Source: Octopus sinensis | Lineage: Eukaryota | Length of the DNA: 64,000 bases | Reading direction: 5' to 3' | Assembly: GCF_006345805.1 (NCBI RefSeq) | Contig: NC_043000.1 | Span: 62,001 to 126,000, forward strand | Shown: in pieces, positions 38,906 to 53,095 of the stretch | Layout: each line of letters begins with the position of its first letter | Position numbering within the stretch: position 1 is the stretch's first letter | Notes under the pieces: model-generated | Databases searched by the model: none | Told to the model about the DNA's origin: nothing | Seen by the model: the letters and a program-made list of their open reading frames with translations, nothing else | Made by a program: the position numbers and the translations under genes

Positions 38906-38943
<38 letters not shown>

Positions 38944-38954
38944 CGTGCATATAG

Positions 38955-39355
38955 CCGCAGGAGTGGCTGTGTGGTAAGTAGCTTGCTTACCAACCACATG
39001 GTTCCAGGTTCATTCCCACTGCAACTTGGGCAAGTGTCTTCTACTATAGCCTCGTGCCGACCAAAGCGTTGTGAGTGGATTTCGTAGAGGGAAACTGAAG
39101 GAAGCCCGTCGTATATATATATGTGTGTATGTGTGTGTTTGTGTGTCTGTGTTTGTCCCTCCCCAACATCGCTTGGCAACCGATGGTGATGTGTTTACGT
39201 CCCCGTAACTTAGCGGTTCGACAAAAGAGACCGATAGAATAAGTACTGGGCTTCCAAAGAATAAGTCCCGGGGTCGATTTGCTCGACTAAAGGCGGTGCT
39301 CCAGCATGGCTGCTGTCAAATGACTGAAAGAAGTAAAAGAGTAAAAGAGTAGAGT
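38955..39355 (+). mobile_element. SINE B
   Basis: Full length. Confidence 0.9.
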
Positions 39356-39814
39356 AAATATGTATGTATATGACGTGTTATCACTTCTAAACAGTCATTT
39401 TAAAGGTCTGGGAGCCTGGGAAACTGAAAGTAACTGAAAGATAGTCTGTTTGAAGTATGTTGAAGTAAATCCTTTTGACCACCGGAGTTTGAACTCGGTA
39501 CTTATTCACCTAACAAGTTTACTATCACGTGTTATTTTGTTTCTAGTTAAAACTGGCTGAAGGTTGGGCCAACAATAGAAGATTCCTTATCAGAAAAAAA
39601 ACTTTGTTCTTAGGTTTCCTTATGAGCACTCGACCTCAATATATTGTTTAATTTCCCTCTGTTTGATTTTGTCAGTTGTTTTTATTTTTAAAAAAACATT
39701 AAAAAAAACAACGAGTCTCCTTTCAAATTGTGGTTTGCTCCGTTCCCACGCCAAAATATAGACTCGTTAGAAAAAAATTGAAAAATAGAAATAAAGCACA
39801 ATAAAATGAAATAA

Positions 39815-40243
39815 TTTGGGGGTGAGGGGGCTTGTCGATTACATCGACCCGAGTGTTTAACCGGTACTGTTTATTCGAACCCCAAAAGGATGAAAAGCAA
39901 TGTCGACCTCGGCGGAATTTGAATTCAGAGCGTAAAGAGAGCCGAAATATCGCGAAGCATTTCGCCCGGCGTGCTAACGTTTCTGCCAGCTAACCACCTT
40001 ATCCCTTAGAGCATTCTAAGGGACCACAAGGCGGTGAGCTGGCAGAAACATTAGCGCGCCGGGCGAAATGTTTAGCAGCATTTCGTCTGTCTTTATGCTC
40101 TGAATTCAAATTCTGATGAGGTCGACTTTTCCTTTCATCCTTTCGGGGCCGATAAGTTAAGTACAAGTAGAATTTGAAGTCCGGACGTAATGATGTTAGG
40201 CATTTCGCCTGGCGTGCTAACAATTCTGTCAACTCACCGCCTC
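39815..40243. mobile_element. Head-to-head SINE A pair plus a fragment
   Basis: Same spacer as 7000-7028. Confidence 0.8.
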
Positions 40244-40454
40244 ATAATAAAATAAAATAAAATAAAATAATAAAATATGTTTGAGATTTAACTTATCTAT
40301 TTCATACTTCTCACATCTTCAGAGGTATGAAATAAAGAAAGTATTGGAGTGATTTCTATTATTAATGAAATTTGACTGATTGCTGTCTAAGATTTACATG
40401 AAGAGAATATGTTTCTGTGGAATATTCAACCACTTATAGTATTATTCATTGGTA

Positions 40455-40611
40455 GGTGCAGGAGTTGCTGCGTGGTAAGTAGCTTGCTTACCAGCCACAT
40501 GGTTCCGGGTTCAGTCCCTTGGGTAAGTGTCTTCTACTATAGCCTCGGGCCGACCAAAGCTTTTGAGTGGATTTGGTAGCCGGAAACTGAAAGAAGTCCG
40601 TCGTATATATG

Positions 40612-40654
<43 letters not shown>

Positions 40655-40882
40655 GTATGTGTATATGTTTGTGTGTCTGTTTTTGTCCTCTCAACATCGC
40701 TTGACAACCGATGCTGGTGTGTTTACGTCCCCGTAACTTAGCGGTTCGGCATAAGAGCCCGATAGAATAAGTACTAGGCTTACAAAGAATAGGTCCTGGG
40801 GTCGATTTGCTCGACTAAAGGCAGTGCTCCAGCATGGCCGCAGTCAACCGAAACTAGTAAAAGAGTAAAAGAGAGTAAAGAG
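40455..40882 (+). mobile_element. SINE B
   Basis: Full length with a small internal deletion. Confidence 0.85.
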
Positions 40883-40979
40883 AGCAGCTCAACTGATACA
40901 AAGGAAACGTGAGCAGGGAAAGGCTTCTAAAGAGTTGAACTTCTGGCAACAGAAGTTATATATAGTATCTAGCATTATA

Positions 40980-41575
40980 TTGGTTTCAAATTTTAGTAAA
41001 AGACCAACAGTTTGGGCGGAGGAGGGTGGGAGTTAAGTTGATTACATCAAGCACAGTAATCAACTGATGTGTTCTTTTTTTATCGACTTCAAATGGATAA
41101 AAAACAAAGTAGATCCCAGCGGAATTTGAACTCAGAACGTAAAGACATACGAAATACCTATTCCTTTATTACTTACAAGGGGCTAAACATAGAGGGGACA
41201 AACAAGGACAGACAAACGGATTAAGTCGATTACATCAACCTCCAGTGCGTAACTGGTACTTATTTATCGACCCCGAAAGGATGAAAGGCAAAGTCGACCT
41301 CGGCGGAATTTGAACTCAAAACGTAGCGGCACACGAAATACCTATTTCTTTACTACCCACAAGGGGCTAAACACAGAGAGGACAAACAAAGACAGACTAA
41401 CAGATAAAGTCGATTACATCGACCCCAGTGCGTATCTGGTACTTAATTTATCGACCCCGAAAGGATGAAAGGCAGAGTCGAACTCGGCGGAATTTGAACT
41501 CAGAACGTAGCGGCAGACGAAATACCGCTAAGTATTTCACCCGGCGTGCTAACGTTTCTGCCAGCTCACCGCCTT
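40980..41575 (-). mobile_element. SINE A triple (two Tx1-tailed units inside an older copy)
   Basis: GGTATTTCG restarts on the - strand at ~41342 and ~41157. Confidence 0.85.
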
Positions 41576-41696
41576 GACTTGCGCTATATTGCGTTATAGA
41601 AGTACTAGAAGACTAAAGGTGTGACTAGTGCATTACATGGATTTGAACATAAAGTGAACACAGCATATTATTTTAGTAAAGCAGAAACTATCTTAG

Positions 41697-41768
41697 GCGT
41701 CGGTGGTGTAACGGTTAGCACGGTTGCCTTCCAAGCAGTCGGTCCGTGTTCGACTCCCGGCCGACGCA
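41697..41768 (+). tRNA. tRNA-Gly(TCC), 72 nt
   Basis: Acceptor GCGTCGG/CCGACGC; D-arm GTGT/GCAC; anticodon loop CTTCCAA (TCC 41730-41732); T-loop TTCGACT; one T.C mismatch in the T stem. Confidence 0.9.
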
Positions 41769-41779
41769 TACCTGGTGTC

Positions 41780-41787
41780 TTTTTTTT
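41780..41787 (+). terminator. Pol III oligo-T terminator of the tRNA gene
   Basis: T8 starting 12 nt downstream of the tRNA 3' end. Confidence 0.75.
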
Positions 41788-42386
41788 CTAATGGCGGTGC
41801 CCCAGCATGGCTACAGCCCGTGAGCTGAAACTAGATGAAATATGAAATATATTCTTTGGAATGAGTAGAAGACAATTTTATACAAGTGGTTGTGTAGTTC
41901 CTACAGCAGGTCGTGACAACAGAAGACCCGTAGCGTATACACCTTTTATTCTAAAAATGTTTGTATCGACGCAGGTATATCATTTTATCTTTTGCTTATT
42001 TTAGTCATTGGATTGCAGCCATGCTAGACCACTTTGGAGAGTTTATCTGCACACATCATCCCAGTAGATATTTCTAAAGCTGGTACTTATTTTATCGGTC
42101 TCTTTTATTCAGACGCTAAGTTGCGGTTACATATACCAATCAGCACGGTTGACAAACACAAAGACAAAGACACATTCATAGTTATATATAAGATCGGGAG
42201 AGGAGAAGCTTGCCTATGAACTAAGTGCTGCAAGCTTGAATACAACATTCATTTTACATCACTACACAACACTTAGGTGCCTTTAGCAAAGACCAGTCTA
42301 TAGCAAGCTTTTAGATCTGGTTTCCAATATGAAGGTACAGTCGCCCTTTCTCTCATCAGACTCGGAGCTTCTCCAAAGGTAATGCG

Positions 42387-42454
<68 letters not shown>

Positions 42455-42590
42455 TAAATGATTTTAGTTTTCATTCACTTTCAGAATTACACCAATTAGT
42501 GGCTTGGAGTTTAACTGCTCTTTCTAATGAGTCAGATATCCTACTTTTTGGTTATCTCTTATGTGTTTGAATGTACATTGTATTCTTCTC
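42455..42590 (+). mobile_element. Fragment of the ~475-bp hammerhead element family
   Basis: TTCAGAATTACA..TTGGAGTTTA.CTGCTCTTTCTA.TGAGTCAGAT matches the reverse complement of 63480-63575 and, partly, 58200-58252. Confidence 0.7.
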
Positions 42591-42611
42591 TGAATATATA
42601 TAATTATATAT

Positions 42612-42778
42612 AAGGAGAATTCACAAAAAACAAAAAAACAAAAGACGAAGACAGGTGGTGTAGACAACAAACAGATGAATCAGTATAACGCTCGGGAATT
42701 AAAAAAGTCTTTAACGTTTCGAGCCTACGCTCTTCCACAGAAAGGAACACAGAAAGAAACAAGGAGAGAAAATAAAGT
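42612..42778 (-). mobile_element. Dispersed 'CUGU' hammerhead-like element between (TA)n tracts
   Basis: - strand CTTT-CTGTGGA-A-GAGC gtag GCTC-GAAA-CG-TT^-AAAG (42744-42709). Confidence 0.75.
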
Positions 42779-42789
42779 ATATATATATA

Positions 42790-42834
<45 letters not shown>

Positions 42835-44804
42835 AGAGTAAAAAAGAGAGACAGAGACAATCAGAAAAAGGAAAATGTCCCTTACATTTGAAAACTATGT
42901 AAATATTAAAAAAAAATTCCATTTAATTTTTCAACAATTTAATTGTTCTTCATACCTTACTCTAAGTTGAAAAAGTCGCAATGACCGAAACCTGTACTAA
43001 AATGTTCTTTACGATAAAATTGTTTTAGCATTTTCTACCTTGCCTTATTTTCCCTTTATAATATATATAAGTTTTTCGAAATCAGTGGCAGACGTCACTA
43101 GAAAAACTCTTATATATTTGCAAGGCGGCCTTCTCTTTCATCGCGACCTGCTGGTTACCGCCCGTTGACAGGGACAAAAATCCCGAACTAGTCCGAGCGT
43201 ATCACTCAGGCTTGCGGAGGGAGGGCCTCCCTTTGCAAATACTTCAAGGGCACTGAAATGGTGTCTAAAGCCAGCTGGAGACGACGATCTCCTGGGGCTA
43301 TAAAGCTACAGTAACACCTCCTCCCCTATGTGGTTAGCCATGTTAAGATGGCTTCTATACTTTACATTTTATATATATATATATATATATATAGCATCTG
43401 AAATATGTTAATTAGTTTTAATTATATTGTTTAGCATAATATGAACACGACGCAGGTGAGGTTATGTGGTTAGAAGTTTGCTGTTTGGTTTCAGTCTCAC
43501 GGCCTGGCATCTTGAGCAAGTGCTTTCTACTATAGGCCAACCAAAGCCATCTGATCGGATTTGGTTGACGGAAACTGAAAAACGCATCATATACATGGAC
43601 AATTTTCTCTCACCAAAAATATCACAAGCACTCTCATATCGCTGTTTTATATCCTCCCTCTCTCTGTACTCTTGTATATTTACTAAATCAATTTCTATTC
43701 AAATGAAGATGTAAGCTGTATGTAATTTATGCCTAAATCCGATTAATCCACGCATTACGCTTTCAGTCTTCTTACTGCGCTTCCATCACAGAATCTAACA
43801 CCAGACAGTGTGTAAAATTCTATTGGCAGAAGTGCCATTCTCTGGAAGTCTTTCTCTGTTCATGTTCTCATCTCTACAGTTATCATCAATGTGCAGAATC
43901 TAAAGTTGAACATCAAACTCATTGATTGGGTTCCCCTAACGCAAGAAAGAACACGCGCCAAATTGAAGCTATTGTTCCTAGTCTTGCTACAAAAATATGT
44001 AAGATAATATCTATTCCCCTTGAAATATTGGCTTCAAATTTTGGCATAGGGAGAGCACATTTTGGAGAGGGAATAAGTCGATTATATTGAACCCAGTGTC
44101 TAACTGGTATTTAATTTATCGACCCGAAAGGACGAAAGGCAGATTCAAATTCGGCGGAATTTGCACTTAGAACGTAAAGATGTACGAAATGCCGTGAAGA
44201 AATTTTCCCGGCGTGCTAACGATTCTGCCAGCTCGCCATTTTGACAGATTATTTTAGATAACACAACAAGCTTATATGACACAGCAAGCTTATCTTCAGA
44301 ACATTCCGTTTATTGAGCACTATCATTATTATATATATACTTTTAACTTCAGTCTAAATAAACATGCGAAGCAAAATTTTAAGTAAAGCGAGAGATAATA
44401 GATGCAAATGCCATTCCAGAACATTGAGTAACTAAATAAAATTTAAAGCCACATATATAGAAAATGTTAACTCTTTAAATTTATGAAGTTTCATAAATAC
44501 CAAAATTATTAGTCATACAAATTCATACAGTTGTACATACACAACACTGCTTGTAAAACTGTAGAAAATAATCGGGGTTTGTGAAGAGAGTGTGAAACAA
44601 CTATTGATAAGCAACAAGATATATGTTTACTATTTCAAATATTTAATTTCAATGAAAATAATTTAACCAAAAACGTATCTATTTAATTGCCTCATATAGA
44701 GCCTATCTATTTATCCAAAATCAACAGGCTGCCGTATCTCTATCTATTCATTCAACTACAACAGGCGGTACTTATGTGTGTCCGGCTCATATATTTTCAA
44801 ACTG

Positions 44805-45560
<756 letters not shown>

Positions 45561-45911
45561 GCCATGAGTACCGGCCCAATAACAACAGCTTCTGTGTGTC
45601 TATCTATCTGTTTAGTAACAATCCACGTCTATCACATACACATGTTTATATTTATATGTGTGTGTATGTGGTGTGTGTTATGTATATGTGTGTGTGTGTG
45701 TGTGTTATGTATATATTATGTGTGTGTGTCTGTGTGTGCAATCAAAATTTTAATCTGTGTCTAACTCTCTAGCAGCTATACAATCTCTATGTATTTATCT
45801 AAGCATAACATGCTGCGGACAATGCATATCCCATCAATGTCAACACAAAATGCTTAACCATACAATGTTCCTCAAAAAAATCAATATACTACATATATTC
45901 AGTTGGCATAT

Positions 45912-46348
45912 ACTCTTTTACTTGTTTCAGTCATTTGACTGTGGCCATGCTGGAGCACCGCCCTTAGTCGAGCAAGTCGACCCCAAAAGACTTATTCTTT
46001 GTAAGTCTAGTACTTATTTTATCGGTCTCTTTTTGCCGAACCGCTAAGATACGGGGGGCGTAAGCACACCAGCATCGGTTGTCAAGCGATATTAGTCTGA
46101 GACTTTAGCACGCCGGGCGAAGTGTTTCGCGGTATTTCGTCTGACGTTACGTTCCGAGTTCAAATTCCGCCGAGGTCGACTTTGCCTTTCACCCTTTCGG
46201 GGTCGATAAATTAAGTACCAGTCGCACTGGGGTCGATGTAATCGACTTAATCCGTTTGTCTGTCTTTGTTTGTCCCCTCTATGTTGAGCCCCTTGTAGGT
46301 AATAAAGAAACAGATATTGGGCGGACAAACACAGACACACGAACATAT

Positions 46349-46392
<44 letters not shown>

Positions 46393-46540
46393 CACATACA
46401 TATATATATACATATATACGACGGGCTTCTTTCAGTTTCAGTCTACCAAATCCATTCACAAAGCTTTGGTCGGCCCGAGGCTATAGTAGAAGATACTTAC
46501 CCAAGGTGCCGTGCAGTGGGACTGAATCCGAAACCATATG
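45912..46540 (-). mobile_element. SINE B (-) with a nested Tx1-tailed SINE A (+, ~46100-46311)
   Basis: GATATT is duplicated around the insert. Confidence 0.8.
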
Positions 46541-46669
46541 TAATGAAGAGCAATAAAAATATTTTAAAATACATGTCAAGTCAAATATATGCAATTGGAA
46601 AACGAAATATTATCAACGTTTCGGATAAAGATCTTTTTCTCAAGTTGGAAAAGAAAGATATGAAAAACA

Positions 46670-46785
46670 GAGAAATATTGAGAAATGTCCAGTTACTCTA
46701 TCCAGATTACAAGTTCAGGTTTATTCTTGTAATTACTGGGGTCCTGGGATATGTAACAAACTGCCTAAATACCAATCTTGAATAT
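46670..46785 (+). mobile_element. Short R4/Dong-like LINE fragment
   Basis: LRNVQLLYPDYKFRFILVITGVLGYVTNCLNTNLE, near-identical to 48790-48898. Confidence 0.75.
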
Positions 46786-47602
46786 CCTATTATTATTAGC
46801 GAGGATAAAGGAAAGACTCAGTTGATTGTGCTGTTTCTATGTTGGAACGAATGGAGGTAAAATCTGAACCAAAATGTCCCTTTATCAAAGAAAGGAAATG
46901 AATGAAAAGTAAACAAAAAGTACCGATGCATGCGCGCACGTGTAGGTATGTGTGTGTGCGCGTGCGTGCGTGCGTGCGTGCGTGTGTGTATGTGTGTGTG
47001 TGTGTGTATCTGTGTATGTGTATGTGTAGACGGGCGCAAAATAATACGTGTCCAAGGAAATCGTTCGTAAGTGAATGCGCAGAGAAAAGATCGAATACTG
47101 TTCACGAACTAGTCGAATTTAACCGATAGCGCTGGAGTACACCAAATGCATTCAAGATAGTGGGAGTAATATGCGAATTTGAAATTGATTGCAACTGGTT
47201 TAAGTGATTTGTTATTATTGCAACGTACATGATGCAACGGCACTCTCAACAAACCAACCAAGTTACAGTCTTTCTCCCCTATATACGAGACATTGCAAGT
47301 TTGCTTTTAAGGCTATAAAAATATTACTGGAAGTACCGGGAAGAGTCATTCTGTTTTAATGCCTTATTAATTAACACATTCACCGGTTCGACTTCCACCC
47401 ATTTACCTACTTATTTTTTTCTGTATATTCTCTTGTATCTGGGGAGAGTCATTTTCTTTTTGTGCCTTATGATTTAACACACTCACCGGTAAAAATTTCC
47501 ACTTATTTCTTATTTTTATTTTCCTAAAATTTTCGTTGCGTCTTCCAACCTTTTCAATAGTCTGTATATTGTAATCAATAAATATATAAAAATAATTTAA
47601 AT

Positions 47603-47765
47603 AGCTGTGTGGTAAGAAGCTTGCTTCCCAACCACATGGTTCCGGGTTCAGTTCCACTGCGTGGCACCTTGGGTAAGTGTCTTCTACTGTATCCTCGGGC
47701 TGATCAGAGCCTCGTGAGTGGATTTGGTGGACGGAAACTGAAAGAAGCCTGTCGTATATATGCAA

Positions 47766-47819
<54 letters not shown>

Positions 47820-48020
47820 GTTTGCTCCCCATCACCGTTTGACAACCGGTGCTGGTGTGCTTACATCCACGTAAGTTAGTGGTTCGGCTACAGAGACCGA
47901 TAGAATAAGTACCAGGCCTATAAAAAGTAAGTACTGGGGTCGATACATTCGACTAAAAGTTCTTTAAGGATATGCCCCAGCATGGCCACAGACTAATGGC
48001 TGAAACAAGTAAAAGATAAA
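47603..48020 (+). mobile_element. SINE B
   Basis: Near full length. Confidence 0.85.
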
Positions 48021-48236
48021 AAAATAAGGTACAGAAAATTAACTACATATAGATATAAGCCCTAAAATTTGAATTTTAGTATAGTTTAGTATTTTTCACA
48101 TATTTAATATATAGCCTTACATTGGTTCATGGCTGACCCAGTGAAATTTTGCGGCACATTAGTGTATAGTGGGATATCTGGGAGCTTCTGTTTTCCAGGT
48201 TTAGTCCATCTTCAGTTTATAAGTATAACCAATCCG

Positions 48237-48334
<98 letters not shown>

Positions 48335-48357
48335 CATATCTATCTATCTATCTATCA

Positions 48358-49262
48358 AGTACCAGATATACAAAAGGGTTAGAGATGCAGGAAAAGCCGT
48401 AAAATGTGACAACCGATGCAGACTTCGTGGAGATCACACTGAAGATATTACCCACATCAAAAGCAGTTGTCTGAAACGGTCATCACGGTATTATCTATCG
48501 ATGAGACATGATGTTTTATCCAAGACACTCTATAATGAAATCCCTGAGAAGGATAATCCCGAAAACAAAGAAACAAAAACCCACAATATGGTAAAAGCCA
48601 CAGCCACTCATAATAAAAAGAAATACTGGTGGAATGACCCAGTGAAGACGTCAATAAAATGTAAGCACAACAGACCTGATATAATGATTTGGGATAGAGA
48701 AAGAAACTGTGTACAATTGTGGAAATTAACTGTCCAGCGGATGTTAACATAAAGCTGAAGATCAGTGAAAAAGAGAACACCTATGCTGAACTATTGAGAA
48801 ATGTCCTGATACTCTATCCAGATTACAAGTTCAAGTTTATGCTTGTAATTACTGGGGCCCTGGGATATGTAACAAACTGCTTAAATACCAATATTGAAAG
48901 AAGAAAGCTAATTCGAAGACTCTAGATCCAAACCATCACTGGAAATGTAAAGATCTGTAAAACTTTCCAGAAGTTTATCATTTGAATATATATGAGCATG
49001 TCTCGATATGTAACTGTATACATGAGAATACAAACATAAGATGTAAAAATCTACACATACATACATACATACATACATACATACATACATACATACATAC
49101 ATACATACATACATACATACATACATGCATGCATACATACATACATACAAAAATACATTGTTGTGTTGTTGAAATTCCAATGAAGGAATCTTGGATCTAG
49201 TTTAGAAACCGATTCTTTCTCTATTGGCAAGAAATTTTGAAATAAACTGAATGATCACATAC
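48358..49262 (+). mobile_element. R4/Dong-like (restriction-like endonuclease) LINE 3' fragment with 3' UTR
   Basis: Decayed CCHC region CRL..H....C, RHD, HNRPDIMIWD, EI.CP, GALG. The 3' UTR has an internal (CATA)n and a conserved tail shared with the second copy. Confidence 0.85.
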
Positions 49263-49267
49263 ATACA

Positions 49268-49447
49268 GGCGCAGGAGTGGCTGTGTGGTAAGTAGCTTGC
49301 TAACCAACCACATAGTTCTGGGTTCAGTCCCACTGCGTGGCATCTTGGGCAAGTGTCTTCTGCTATAGGCTCGGTTCGACCAAAGCCTTGTGAGTGGATT
49401 TGGTAGACGGAAACTGAAAGAAGCCTGTCGTATATATATATGTATAT

Positions 49448-49538
<91 letters not shown>

Positions 49539-49762
49539 CGTGTATATGTTTGTGTGTCTGTGTTTGTCCCTCTAGCATGCTTGACAACCGATGCTGGTGT
49601 GTTTATGTCCCCGTCACTTAGCGGTTCGCGCAAAAGAGACCGATAGAATAAGTACTGGGCTTACAAAGATAAGTCCTGGGGTCGATTTACTCGACCAAAG
49701 GCGGTGCTCCAGCATGGCCGCAGTCAAATGACTGAAAGAAGTAAAAGAGTAAAGAGTAAAGA
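49268..49762 (+). mobile_element. SINE B inserted in (CATA)n
   Basis: Full length. Confidence 0.9.
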
Positions 49763-50072
49763 GGTACATACATACATACACACATACATACATACATACA
49801 TACATACATACATACGTACGTACATGTACGCGACTTTATCGAAGTTCCAATCACAAGGCATTGGTGGGATCGAGGCTTTAGTAAAAGACACTTGCTCAAG
49901 ACACTTCCGCGCAGTGGGATTGAATACGAAACGGCATGGCTGCAAAGTGAGCTTTCTAACTAATAGTTTAATCATATATTTCATGTAAATGGTATGTATA
50001 AATATATGAATATTATTTATATAGACTCAACTTGAGTATGTAATGAGTAACTTGTCTTTGCAATTATGAGAT

Positions 50073-50638
50073 GCGCAGGCGTGGTTTGGTGATAAGAAAC
50101 TTGCTTTCCAACCAAATGGCTCAGAGTTCAGTCCCACTGCGTGATACCTTGGGTTAGTGTCTTCTTGTATAACCTAGGGCCAACCAAAGCTTTGTGTGTG
50201 GATTTGGTAGACGGAAACTGAAAGAAGCCCGTCGTGTATGTGAATGTATGTGTGTGTATGAGTGTGTGTGTGTGCGCGCGGGTGGGTGAATGGGATTATG
50301 CCTGTGCTTGTCCCCGACTACTGCTTGACAACCAGTACTGGTGCGTTTACGTCGCCATAACTTAGCGGCTCGTCAAAATACGCAGATACAATAAGTACCA
50401 AACTTTTGAAACAGAAGTACGGTATGTATATATATATATGGTACGTATGTAAATACACACACATCACACACATACACACACACACACACACTCACACATA
50501 CATACATACATACATACATACATACATACATACATACATACATACATACATACATACACATATTCGACTAAAAATTCTTGAGGGCAGTGCCCCAGACTGA
50601 CCGCAATCTAAAGACTGAAACAAGTAAAAGATAGAAGA
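50073..50638 (+). mobile_element. SINE B, diverged, with expanded microsatellites
   Basis: Head, core and tail are recognisable. Confidence 0.75.
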
Positions 50639-51243
50639 TAAGCCTTATACGATTTACATAACCATATAAAGACGATGGCCTTCATATTGTATTCGACTCA
50701 GTATCATTGATTTTAAGAGATGCCACACTTTAAATTTTCAAAGAACCCGTTATATGGTACTTTCTTTATTCAGGGTGTACACAAAACAGAATACTGATTT
50801 AATAAAAGGTGTACGTATAAGTAAACCCCCCCACCACCACCTTCCAGCTTTTCTTAATGTGGAAACATTTGTGAAGGTTTAGGCGTGTCCAGGCTCATGT
50901 TTTATAACCCATGTGGTTGATTGTATCTCAAGTATGTTGACTGAACGCTAACAAAATATAAGGGAAGTAACTTTTTATGTCTTCGGCGGTCACCGCCAGT
51001 TTACATAGCGCTATTTTTTAACTGTGAGATAACGGCGTTAACCGAGGATGGGGAGGTGTGGTGTTAAGTAATGTGTGTGTGTGTGTATGTGTATGTGTGT
51101 GTATGTATTTTAAATACGTATGTGTGTGTGTGTGTGTGTATGCGTATGTATGTGAATGAATATCAGTGAGTCAGCTTCTATATTTGTTTATGTGAGTAGG
51201 CCAATGTCTATCAGTGTGCATGCGTGAGTATAGTGTGTGTAAG

Positions 51244-51303
<60 letters not shown>

Positions 51304-51749
51304 TGTGTGTGTGTGCGTGTGTGTGTGTGTGTGTATCTCTCTGCTTCTCTATGTGCGTGTGTGCGTTTGTGTGTGTATATGTGTGAATGTGTATGACTGT
51401 AAGTGTGCGTGTTCATACGTGTATATATATGTATGTATGTATGTATTTATGTATGTATGTATATGTGTGAGAGCATGTATGATTCTTTTTTTTTTTTTTG
51501 GTGATTTGAGTGCGTATATTTGTGTGTTCACGTTTCTGCATGTATGTATGTATGTACGCATACACATACATACACAGACACACACATAACGACAAACATA
51601 CACCGACATAGACACATATGCAGGCAGTTATACATATATACGTATATATGCATCCCTGTATGTATATATGTATGCGCGCATGTAGACATGCTCACCCATA
51701 CAAAAACACACATATATATGTACGTATGCATGTATGCATATACATATAC

Positions 51750-51795
<46 letters not shown>

Positions 51796-52063
51796 TGTGT
51801 ATGTATGTGTGTGTATGTATGTATATATAGGTGCACCTTTGTTTCTCTGCATACAAGTATGTATGCAAATATACACACAGATACACAAACATATATATAT
51901 ATATATATATGTGTGTGTAAGTGTATATATGCATCCCTGTGCGTATATATGAACGTTATACTCGGACATACACAATCACCCACTCATATGTATATATGTA
52001 TATATGCACGTACGCACGTCTATATATGTATTTATGTATGTTTCTATGTATGTATGTATGTAT

Positions 52064-53095
52064 ATCATTCCTTAGTTTTATTTCACGATTTCTTGCCAAT
52101 TGTGAAAGAAGCGGTTTCGAACCTGGATTCAATGCTCCTTCGTTGGAATTTCAACTTCAACTACAGAGTATTTTTGTTTGTATGTATGTATGTATGTATG
52201 TATGTATGTATGTATGTATGTATGTATGTATGTATGTACGTATGTATGTATATGTGCAGATTTGTATGTTGTTGTATGTATGTATTTTCATGCATATAGT
52301 TGCATATCTAGACATGCTCATATATACATAAATGGTAAACTTCAGGAAAGTTTTATAGATTTTTACGGTTCCAGTGTTGGATTTGATCTGTATACTTCGA
52401 ATTAGCTTTCTCCTTTCTAGATTTGAGAAGCCTAATTTCTCTAGTTTGGTATCTAGGCAGTATGTTACTTATCCCAGGGCCCCAATAATTACAGGTATAA
52501 ACCTGAACTTGTAATCTGGATATAGTAAATGCCGATTTCTCAATAGTTCAACATAGGTATTCTCATTTTCACTAATCTTCATCTCTATGTTAACATCCGC
52601 AGGGCAGCTAATTTCCACAACTGTGCACAGTTTCTCTTCTCTATCCCAAATCATGAAATCATGACTGTTGTGCTTACATTTCATTGAGGTCTACTCTGGG
52701 ACATTCTACTAGTACACCTTTTTATTATGAGTGGCTATAGCAAGGCGGCAATCTGGCAGAATCGTTAACACGCCGGGCGAAATACTTAGCGATATTTCCT
52801 CTGTCAAGACGTCTTGAGTTCAAATTCCGCCGGGGTCGACTTTGCCTTATATCCTTTCTGAGTCGATTAAATAAGTACCGGTTACAAACTGCGGTCGATG
52901 TTATCGACTTAATCCTTTCCCTTAAATTTGAGGCCTTCTGCTTCCAGTAGAAAGGATAAGTGGCTATGGCTTCTACAACACTGTAGGTTTCTATTTCTTT
53001 GTCTTCGGGGTTATCCTTCCGACGGATTTCATTATAGTGTGTCATAGCTACAACATCATGTCTCATTAGTACCGTGATGACATTTTCGGACGACT
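52064..53095 (-). mobile_element. Second R4/Dong-like LINE 3' fragment, interrupted by a SINE A
   Basis: MRHDVVA..YNEIRRKDNPE, KCKHNSHDFMIWDREEKLCTVVEISCPADVN..GALG. Confidence 0.85.
52742..52958 (+). mobile_element. SINE A inserted into the LINE, 12-bp TSD
   Basis: AGTGGCTATAGC at 52730-52741 and AGTGGCTATGGC at 52959-52970. Confidence 0.9.

Noticed and set aside
40298-40334. 14-bp hairpin containing CTGAAGA...GAAA on the - strand
   Set aside because: Stem II is not convincing; could be chance or a small inversion.
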